Below, in pieces: positions 49,338 to 56,304 of a stretch of 64,000 nt of DNA; the stretch's first letter is position 1, and each line of letters begins with the position of its first letter. The position numbers were made by a program, and so were the translations under genes. The stretch is taken from IMG/VR virus record IMGVR_UViG_3300028840_003497, positions 32,001 to 96,000 of that record. The stretch is one strand, 5' to 3'. This DNA is from a virus. A model generated the notes under the pieces. It was not told the DNA's origin. It saw nothing but the letters and a program-made list of their open reading frames with translations, and made no database searches.

Positions 49338-49973
49338 TTAGATGCCAGATTCCACGCCACGACTGAGAACAGCTCTTCGCTGCCATTCAGCCGCTACTTT
49401 CAAAAACACCATGTACTCCTCAATTTGACTAGTAGTGTACCCGTATCCAACTGCAAGGTTTTCAAAATTTTTCAACCATTCTTCCGTGTCGTGTAAAATG
49501 CTATTTACTATAATCTGTGTCGAACTCACGACGCAGAGCGGCCCATTCGACGCAATGATGCACAAAGGACGAATCTTCCAATGATCATCAATTACCTCGG
49601 ACTCGCCGCATACCACTACTTTTCCTGAAACACGTGCCTGCCCGGAAACACGTGCCTGCCCACATATCCGAACTGCCCCAGAGATCCTCGCCTGGTCGCA
49701 CACCCAAGACATGCCTGAAACCCAGACTGAGCCAGAAATACTAGCTTCGCCAGAAACACGCGCCAAGTTGTACACACTCACGTCATCAGAAATCCAAGCA
49801 GAACCTTCCTGGGACAAATTGTGCTCAGACTCAATCCAACCACCAAGATCACCAGCCTTTACACCAACGGATGGAATATCAATCAACGCCTGAATTCGGT
49901 GCAATGTACGAGACTTCATATCACCAACAATAATTTTATACTCTTCAGTGAGAGTATACTTTCTATTTTCCAT
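49338..49973 (-). CDS. Left-handed beta-helix (hexapeptide repeat) phage protein
   Basis: LHRI.AL....V.AGDLGGWIE...NLSQ.G.AW, then (A.VSG.)n repeats. Confidence 0.8.
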   Translation of the reverse strand: MENRKYTLTEEYKIIVGDMKSRTLHRIQALIDIPSVGVKAGDLGGWIESEHNLSQEGSAWISDDVSVYNLARVSGEASISGSVWVSGMSWVCDQARISGAVRICGQARVSGQARVSGKVVVCGESEVIDDHWKIRPLCIIASNGPLCVVSSTQIIVNSILHDTEEWLKNFENLAVGYGYTTSQIEEYMVFLKVAAEWQRRAVLSRGVESGI

Positions 49974-50418
49974 CAGAATCTTCCTCCTTAGCCATTCGAC
50001 AGCGAGGATCTACCAATTGATCTTCGCTCACAACACTTACCGTCTTTAATTCAAAATCTTCGATCACGCGAATCCCATCTTCTCGCATGTGCGACTTTTT
50101 GATCGTTCCACTTGGCGCGAACATCGGCTGAACAGGAATAATGTCTTCAGTCTTCACCGGCATCTTCACCTCATCACACTTGGCAATTTCTTCTGGCGTC
50201 ATCGGGCGACTTTCAAAAAAATCTTCTACGAAATTATGATGCCTGATCAGTGGCCTAATCAAACTCCTCGCAAACGCACGCTTCTTTGGAGAAAGATGCT
50301 GTAACGATTCGCGCAATTCTTTCCACTTCTTACGACGAATCTTGCGCTTTACCTTGTCACGCATTCTCTGATTAGAGGTTCTACGTCTCATCTCTGGCCT
50401 CCTTGCTATCAAACTCAT
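49963..50418 (-). CDS. Hypothetical protein with basic N-terminus
   Basis: ORF in operon; contains IIPVQPM..PSG, reminiscent of a capsid-protein segment. Confidence 0.5.
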   Translation of the reverse strand: MSLIARRPEMRRRTSNQRMRDKVKRKIRRKKWKELRESLQHLSPKKRAFARSLIRPLIRHHNFVEDFFESRPMTPEEIAKCDEVKMPVKTEDIIPVQPMFAPSGTIKKSHMREDGIRVIEDFELKTVSVVSEDQLVDPRCRMAKEEDSDGK

Positions 50419-50569
50419 CCAGTAAGTCGTCGTCCATTGATTTTCCGTATAGCTTTATGAAACTCCTCACCTCATCTCTCGTGGCCATCCCAGGCTTTCC
50501 CCTGCGAGCGTTTATTGCCTTTCGATATCTATCAGGGACTTCAACGGTGTAACTAATCCTAATCTTCAT
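50381..50569 (-). CDS. Small hypothetical protein
   Basis: Overlapping operon. Confidence 0.5.
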   Translation of the reverse strand: MKIRISYTVEVPDRYRKAINARRGKPGMATRDEVRSFIKLYGKSMDDDLLDEFDSKEARDET

Positions 50570-51059
50570 CGCTTGCCTCTTCCAACACTTTTATGACTCG
50601 TTTCATTTGCGCTCCCCTAACTTCTTCCCAGGCTGCTTCCCAGGCTGCTCCCCAGGCTGCTCTCCTGGCTGCTTCCCAGGCTACTTCCCAGGCTGCTTTC
50701 CTGGCTGCTACCCTGGCTATTTCCAACTCTCTATCGGTGATCTTGCCAGCTACCCAGTCTCGTTTAGCCTGTATAGCCACTAGACTGCGAGGATCAGGAT
50801 TCTTCACAGAAGCCAGTGCATCGTCGGCAAAATCGCAGGCAAGCAAATGAAGCTTTTTCTCAGGGATTATTTCGTTGCGTAGCAGTACCCAAAGCCGATC
50901 TTTTGCCGGTATATCCAAGGCGGCGATTTCAAGCGGTGCTAGACTCTTACGCCCTGCCCATAATTTCTCTACTATTTTTCGGGTGTATTCTGCACATGGT
51001 TTCCATTTCATTATTTGTTTAACTGTAATTTCTTTTAGCGTGGACCTATTCATCAACAC
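50559..51059 (-). CDS. Imm5-like helical protein with AAW-repeat tail
   Basis: L.ACDFA..AL.....DPRS..AI.AKR.W..G.IT..EL..AR.AA. Confidence 0.6.
   Translation of the reverse strand: MLMNRSTLKEITVKQIMKWKPCAEYTRKIVEKLWAGRKSLAPLEIAALDIPAKDRLWVLLRNEIIPEKKLHLLACDFADDALASVKNPDPRSLVAIQAKRDWVAGKITDRELEIARVAARKAAWEVAWEAARRAAWGAAWEAAWEEVRGAQMKRVIKVLEEASDED
50625..50720. repeat. 12-bp tandem repeat x8 (TTCCCAGGCTGC consensus) encoding AAW(E/R)
   Basis: Directly visible, with degenerate units. Confidence 0.85.
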
Positions 51060-51795
51060 TCCCTATCCCTACCATCGGGCGATTCTTTATGCTCTGTCTG
51101 CTAGTAGCTTTAAGTCTCTCTACCTCGGCCTCCAACTCCTTCACGCGAACCCTCTCCTGTTCCAAGAGCCTGTCCATTCCCCGGTAGTGTTTACCGGCAC
51201 AAAGCCAACACATCCATTCGTCCTTATAAATATCTGGTTTGAAGGCATTCTTAGCCAACCTTGCCTGGCCACAACGACAACACGTCACAGGATCATCACT
51301 CCAACCACCTGAACGCTCAGTCTTGGCGTTCAGTTCAGTCTCTAACCGCTCCACCTCGGCCTTGAGATCGTCGCGTTCACAGACCAGTTCCACCTTTTCT
51401 ATGAGCAATTCGTTGCGTTCTTCTTCTAGCAGTTGATGCTCATGCGGATTGTCTTCACCCCAAACAAATTCTTTGCAAAACGCCCTAAGTCTCTCCACCT
51501 CAGCCTTTAGTTGCTCATCATCACACTCAAGACTTGTTTCAGATCCCAATGCCCTAATGTTTTTGACACCCCATCCGGGCACATCCGCATCCATTTCCCA
51601 CCCTATATATGGTTTCATCTTTGGTGGTAAAAAATGATTCAAATGAAAACGCTTCTTTTCGCCATCTGGCAAGTAAACGGAAGCACAACAACCTTCTTCG
51701 TAATCTTCGGCTATCATGCACCTGAGCATGATTTCTTTACCTTTTTTTATTCTTGCATCAGGACTGTATTGCCTATGTCTTTCTTCTGCCTTCAT
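51046..51795 (-). CDS. Mosaic hypothetical protein with three L.AEVERL coiled-coil modules
   Basis: LKAEVERL x2, LEAEVERL; CCRC...CWLC. Confidence 0.6.
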   Translation of the reverse strand: MKAEERHRQYSPDARIKKGKEIMLRCMIAEDYEEGCCASVYLPDGEKKRFHLNHFLPPKMKPYIGWEMDADVPGWGVKNIRALGSETSLECDDEQLKAEVERLRAFCKEFVWGEDNPHEHQLLEEERNELLIEKVELVCERDDLKAEVERLETELNAKTERSGGWSDDPVTCCRCGQARLAKNAFKPDIYKDEWMCWLCAGKHYRGMDRLLEQERVRVKELEAEVERLKATSRQSIKNRPMVGIGSVDE

Positions 51796-51798
51796 CTC

Positions 51799-52062
51799 TC
51801 AGTTCCCCTTGTAATGTGGACATGTATTTAAGTGACTCGACTCAGGAACGACTATCCCGTCAGGATCCACTAATGTTACAAATCCGCACTCGGGACAGTA
51901 TTTGCCCTCAATATCGACATGTTCTGGAGGCTCGATTCGTACCGGATCTATGGTGCGTGGGTTTCCTCCTAGAACCTTGTCAACTAAAGCAGTAACACTT
52001 TCGACCCCGTTCCCCTCCAACACAATATGAATATCAACTCTGTTATTATCGTCGCTCATCAA
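51799..52062 (-). CDS. Zn-ribbon hypothetical protein
   Basis: GAGGAGG RBS; CPECG. Confidence 0.55.
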   Translation of the reverse strand: MMSDDNNRVDIHIVLEGNGVESVTALVDKVLGGNPRTIDPVRIEPPEHVDIEGKYCPECGFVTLVDPDGIVVPESSHLNTCPHYKGN

Positions 52063-52089
52063 TCCTCCTCAATCCGGCCCACTGGCTAA

Positions 52090-52311
52090 TTATTCTTCTC
52101 CACGTTTATAATCGCGCATCGCCTGCGCCATATCCTTCAGCGCCTCGGAAAGCGCCATACATCCTGCTGGACTCGTAGCCACAATTGGAGGTGTCTGCCC
52201 GTTCCCCTTGCGATCGTCCACGACAACCACGCTCCGCCCCAGTTCGTTAACGCGCAGGACCAGGGTTAAAGGGCCACCTGTGCCGACTGGAATTGTAGTA
52301 ATCGTTCCCAT
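52090..52311 (-). CDS. Small hypothetical protein
   Basis: GAGGAGG RBS. Confidence 0.55.
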   Translation of the reverse strand: MGTITTIPVGTGGPLTLVLRVNELGRSVVVVDDRKGNGQTPPIVATSPAGCMALSEALKDMAQAMRDYKRGEE

Positions 52312-52312
52312 T

Positions 52313-52723
52313 TCAGTCCTCCTCTATCTCATCGGAACAGATCGGTCTCTCGGCCTTAACGGACCTGTACGCTATGCTACTCTCCACAAAGCACACCTGA
52401 TCGCAAGCGGAACAATCCTGAAGACCGGCCAGCAAATGATGAGGGATCCCGACCTTCTCTCCACACCACGGACAGACCGGATGAAAGCGCCACGCGTTCT
52501 TCTTCGGTGCCCCCTTGATTTCCGTAACCTGCAACCCGACTATCGGCGCAACGTGATCGCCCATGCCGCTCATCTCAATTCCATCGATCACGAATATCGT
52601 GTTTTCGTGAGACACATGCATCCCGGCGGTGAACGGTACCGGGTACTTGCGCGTATCCACAGCGATCACGGTCCCGCGACCATTGATCTGGTCAATACTC
52701 TCAACATCGTGTAAATTAATCAT
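52313..52723 (-). CDS. Hypothetical protein with Zn ribbon
   Basis: CPWCG...CSAC. Confidence 0.55.
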   Translation of the reverse strand: MINLHDVESIDQINGRGTVIAVDTRKYPVPFTAGMHVSHENTIFVIDGIEMSGMGDHVAPIVGLQVTEIKGAPKKNAWRFHPVCPWCGEKVGIPHHLLAGLQDCSACDQVCFVESSIAYRSVKAERPICSDEIEED

Positions 52724-52727
52724 TGAC

Positions 52728-53204
52728 TTAACGCTCCACCTTATATACCACGTCAACTTTTTTTGATAATTGCATCCCGGCATCTAGGCATTCCACAGAC
52801 GCCCTGTCATCATCAAGACTTGTGAGATCACACCCACTCTTGCCCCCCGATAACAACCTGTCGGCTAAATCAATCTCCTGCTGGGGAGACATGACAAGCA
52901 AAGTTCTCCCGTTTATCAATTCAGCATCTCTTTCAAGACGGGCCTTCAGCTCCTCTTTATTGACATATTCTCTCCGTCGAATAACGGCCTCAAACTCCGC
53001 ATGACGCCTATCTGATTCCTTCTTAATCTCCCGATCAACCTCCTCCGCTGTCCCCATAATAACAACAGAACTAAAACAACGAAACTGACCCTCGTTGCTC
53101 CACTGCTTCGCCTCCTCTTCGCTCGAAACAGCATATCCGACAGGCTCCGGAGATGATCTCATTGTCAGATCCTGGTCCTCCATCAAAACATAAACTTCAT
53201 TCAT
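52728..53204 (-). CDS. Hypothetical protein
   Basis: ORF in operon. Confidence 0.55.
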   Translation of the reverse strand: MNEVYVLMEDQDLTMRSSPEPVGYAVSSEEEAKQWSNEGQFRCFSSVVIMGTAEEVDREIKKESDRRHAEFEAVIRRREYVNKEELKARLERDAELINGRTLLVMSPQQEIDLADRLLSGGKSGCDLTSLDDDRASVECLDAGMQLSKKVDVVYKVER

Positions 53205-53205
53205 C

Positions 53206-53475
53206 TCATAACCCCGCTTTCTTGATCCGCTCACATAAGGCTACAAGCTCATTTTGCAGTTTGAACAATTCCCTAGAGTGCTCGGCAAGCTCTTTAGAAT
53301 ATTCAGACAATTCTGTCTTGAGATCATCCCGTTCCGCCTCCGCTTTATCAGCCCTGGCAGTCTCTGCGTCGATATCCCTTGCATCGTTAATCGCCAAAAG
53401 AAGCAGCATTTGCTCCGCCACGGGCTCAAGCTCGTCTGCCCACTCTTCCAGTTCTTTTATATCCCTTTCAAGCAT
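53206..53475 (-). CDS. Coiled-coil hypothetical protein
   Basis: GGGAG RBS. Confidence 0.55.
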   Translation of the reverse strand: MLERDIKELEEWADELEPVAEQMLLLLAINDARDIDAETARADKAEAERDDLKTELSEYSKELAEHSRELFKLQNELVALCERIKKAGL

Positions 53476-53488
53476 CTCCCACCTCTCG

Positions 53489-54850
53489 TCACCCCGCCTT
53501 CATGTTGAGGATCGGCTTCACCCGCTCAATAATCTTCGCCGTCGGGCCAATGGCCGCCTCTATCACCTCAGAGGGCTTGTACGCTCCCGGAGATTCGTCC
53601 AGAGGAAGCACCGAGGAGTAGATGCCCTCCATCTGCTTCTTGGCGTCAGAAAGCGCCAGGGTTCGCTTAGCCTCGGACCTGGAGAACAACCGTCCGGCCC
53701 CATGGGGAGCTGATCGATTCCACTCATGGTTTCCGAGCCCCTCGCAGATCAACGTGCCGTCCCGCATATTGAAAGGCAGGATCACCTGTTCACCCTCGTG
53801 CGCGCGTATGGCCCCTTTCCGAATTACCAAATCCTTGAAGTCAATATAATTGTGGACCGTCTCGATCCGGGCCTGTCTATTGTCACTCTTAACGCCAAGA
53901 ATATCGAGGCATTCGCGCATGATGCAGTCACGGTTACGCTCTGCATACGCCTGCGCGAAAACCATATCCCAAAGGTACCCGTAAAAATCATCGCCCTCTA
54001 AGAAATCAAGAGTGGATCCCTTCACATTGTGCAAGCCCAGACTCTCGCGAAGATCCTTGATCGCCTTCGGGATCGCTGACCGTGGCTTCGTCGTTTCTCG
54101 GATCTTGGCAATCTTAGCCTCGTAGTCCGGTGTCATTTTTGTCTTGCGGTTCTCGGTCGCTTTCTTTTGCCAATACCGACAGATCTTCTCGCCCAGCTGC
54201 CGCGACCCGCAGTGAACAATCAGCCAGTAATCATCCCCGCCATCGACACGTCCCAGCTCAATGAAGTGATTACCTCCGCCGAGGGTTCCCTGGCTGGCCT
54301 GCGCCCGAGTAAAATCCATCCCTACTCGCTTACACATCTGCTCGAACCAAAAAGCGTTCATCTCGGGAGGGTTCGGCACATCAACAGACTCGTCCCTCGC
54401 CACCAACCCTCGCCGAAGACTATGAACCGCCCCATCGACCAAACTCCAAAACACCTCCCGTGGCCCACGAACAAGGAAACCATGAGTCCGCGAATCCTCA
54501 TGAACATTAAACCCCATCGGAACACGCTCCCGAATCTCATTGTCCAGATGCGCCATTTCAAATTGACCACTGTGGCGAAATCGTGTGCCCAACATTCCGC
54601 ACCCGATATCAACGCCAACAACAGAAGCAACAACTAGGTTCTGCAATGGCATTGTAAATCCAATGACAGAACCTTTACCAGCATGGGTATCAGGCATTAT
54701 TGCAATATGATCACCCGTATCACGAAGATCAAAAGCAGGATGATTTGTCATGGCAGTAATCTGCGAAACGCACCCCGGATCAACCTGATCTGCAAAAACC
54801 TTCGCAGATGAATATTTTCCATCTATCTCAAACATCATCTTCCTCTCCAT
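53489..54850 (-). CDS. rtcB: RtcB RNA ligase (3'-P/2',3'-cyclic-P to 5'-OH)
   Basis: MPDTH.G.G..IG, VGVDIGCGM, GTLGGGNHFIE, H.GSR..G, HNY, RKGA, HGAGR, DESP.AYK. Confidence 0.95.
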   Translation of the reverse strand: MERKMMFEIDGKYSSAKVFADQVDPGCVSQITAMTNHPAFDLRDTGDHIAIMPDTHAGKGSVIGFTMPLQNLVVASVVGVDIGCGMLGTRFRHSGQFEMAHLDNEIRERVPMGFNVHEDSRTHGFLVRGPREVFWSLVDGAVHSLRRGLVARDESVDVPNPPEMNAFWFEQMCKRVGMDFTRAQASQGTLGGGNHFIELGRVDGGDDYWLIVHCGSRQLGEKICRYWQKKATENRKTKMTPDYEAKIAKIRETTKPRSAIPKAIKDLRESLGLHNVKGSTLDFLEGDDFYGYLWDMVFAQAYAERNRDCIMRECLDILGVKSDNRQARIETVHNYIDFKDLVIRKGAIRAHEGEQVILPFNMRDGTLICEGLGNHEWNRSAPHGAGRLFSRSEAKRTLALSDAKKQMEGIYSSVLPLDESPGAYKPSEVIEAAIGPTAKIIERVKPILNMKAG

Positions 54851-54879
54851 CCGCCATCTTAGCGACGATCACACAAGGG

Positions 54880-54908
54880 ACATTACCATGCTACGCAGGG
54901 TTTATCAA
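54880..54908 (-). promoter_or_regulatory. sigma70-like promoter upstream of rtcB
   Basis: TTGATA-17 nt-TAATGT. Confidence 0.5.
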
Positions 54909-55261
54909 CCTACCTGCTCAAAGTTTACGGTCACCATTTCCCCCTCCCAAACGAGACCGACACGCGATAAGTCGAGAGAGTCCTGTTCGAAGTGGAACGG
55001 TGGAATATCTCCACTGACCCACCCAGTGCTGCACGCCTCTAACCACGCATTTTGCATGATCTGTGGGAGTCTCCCGTGGAGAAAGGCCGTTGTGATTAAA
55101 TCGTACCGGAAGCCAGCGTCGTTCAGCTTCTGCTCGAACAGATGGAACATCTTCCACAACTCGCCAGGATGTAAGAGCCACTGATCGAGGAGCGCCGCAG
55201 GGACCGACATGACCCCACGCACTCTCGTTTTTCCGTCCAGTATTTCATCCATCGTCGGCAT
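54905..55261 (-). CDS. Hypothetical protein
   Basis: ORF in operon. Confidence 0.55.
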   Translation of the reverse strand: MPTMDEILDGKTRVRGVMSVPAALLDQWLLHPGELWKMFHLFEQKLNDAGFRYDLITTAFLHGRLPQIMQNAWLEACSTGWVSGDIPPFHFEQDSLDLSRVGLVWEGEMVTVNFEQVG

Positions 55262-55481
55262 CGACTACCCCTTTCCTTAAGGCCCGCATATGCGCGAGCC
55301 TCTTCGAGAATTGCATCTTTCTTTCATCCGGCCAATCCGCGCTCACAGTCCGAAGATGCTGATGCACTGAATTAAACAGAACTGCATACACATCCACGTT
55401 TGCGATCTCGGCAAACGCTACAATATTCTCAAACACATCACGCGGTATCATTAAATACGGCTGGTCATTAACATAGGCCAT
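55245..55481 (-). CDS. Small hypothetical protein
   Basis: GGAGG RBS, directly downstream of a palindrome copy. Confidence 0.6.
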   Translation of the reverse strand: MAYVNDQPYLMIPRDVFENIVAFAEIANVDVYAVLFNSVHQHLRTVSADWPDERKMQFSKRLAHMRALRKGVVDADDG

Positions 55482-55491
55482 CCAACCTCCA

Positions 55492-55507
55492 GCGAACTCA
55501 AGTTCGC
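55492..55507. repeat. Dispersed palindrome copy 11
   Basis: Intergenic, 10 nt before the ATG at 55481. Confidence 0.85.
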
Positions 55508-55509
55508 AG

Positions 55510-55893
55510 TTATTTATTGGTCAAACGCTCAAAAACCCTCAAGGGAATCGCAATCCAGTTCCGATCACACATGGGATCGTTGTACCCGCCCTGGATCTCG
55601 ATCGCCAGCGCAGGCTCCTTCTGGACCGCATTCGCCTCGCGCGTAATTTTTCTCAGCCATTCCCACTTGATCGGAAGACTTGCATGGATTGTTTTCTTGC
55701 ATTCGATCAGGAATCCGATCGAATCCTCCTCACAGACGGCCTCTACGCCTCTTACATCCCCCTTGGAAAAGACAGAAGATCCAGACCCGGCAACCTTCTT
55801 ACCGCCCAGCCTGCGCGCTACACGAGCCTCCTGATCATCCGGAGTTCCGTCGTCCTTCGGTAGAAACCTGTTCGGTTTGTGTCTCGCCATCAT
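55510..55893 (-). CDS. Hjc-like PD-(D/E)XK resolvase/endonuclease
   Basis: QEARVA..LGG.....SGS....KGDV....FLIECK.T. Confidence 0.75.
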   Translation of the reverse strand: MMARHKPNRFLPKDDGTPDDQEARVARRLGGKKVAGSGSSVFSKGDVRGVEAVCEEDSIGFLIECKKTIHASLPIKWEWLRKITREANAVQKEPALAIEIQGGYNDPMCDRNWIAIPLRVFERLTNK

Positions 55894-56107
55894 TGCTCCA
55901 AACATCCGCCTCATACGGATCATCATTGTCGCCACACTTCTCAACTGCAACCAGCAGATCACTCTTGCGGATATATGTCCTGGGACCGTTGTTCTGCTGA
56001 ATAATCACCCCATCCTCTGGGGCCAAAAAAGAAACAAAAGATTGCCCTTCCAGTTTCCTAACAATCGAGTCCCCCTTCTTTACACCCTTAATACATGTAT
56101 TCATCAT
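55835..56107 (-). CDS. Hypothetical protein
   Basis: ATGA overlap. Confidence 0.5.
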   Translation of the reverse strand: MMNTCIKGVKKGDSIVRKLEGQSFVSFLAPEDGVIIQQNNGPRTYIRKSDLLVAVEKCGDNDDPYEADVWSNDGETQTEQVSTEGRRNSG

Positions 56108-56304
56108 CCATCCTTTTCAATATCCACGAGCGATACCGTGACCGAAGAAGGAAATTCGCTACTGGGATTTAGCGCCTTTAAAACCACCATCCTGCGAGAC
56201 GGAAATCTCTCGATTATATACTTATCTGTCGTTCCGATATTCTTCACGACAACCTTGTCATCGACCGAAAAATCACCAACACGCTTCCTTCTGCCTTTCG
56301 TCAT
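56104..56304 (-). CDS. Small hypothetical protein (SH3-like)
   Basis: GGAGG RBS, overlapping the recA stop. Confidence 0.55.
   Translation of the reverse strand: MTKGRRKRVGDFSVDDKVVVKNIGTTDKYIIERFPSRRMVVLKALNPSSEFPSSVTVSLVDIEKDG

Noticed and set aside
49626-49661. 18-bp direct repeat
   Set aside because: Explained by hexapeptide repeats of the beta-helix protein
50625-50720. Diversity-generating retroelement or CRISPR-like array
   Set aside because: Simple in-frame coding tandem repeat; no reverse transcriptase, template repeat or spacers
2597-55507. Palindrome copies as CRISPR repeats, IS ends or terminators
   Set aside because: They are kilobases apart, with no transposase, target duplications or U-tracts
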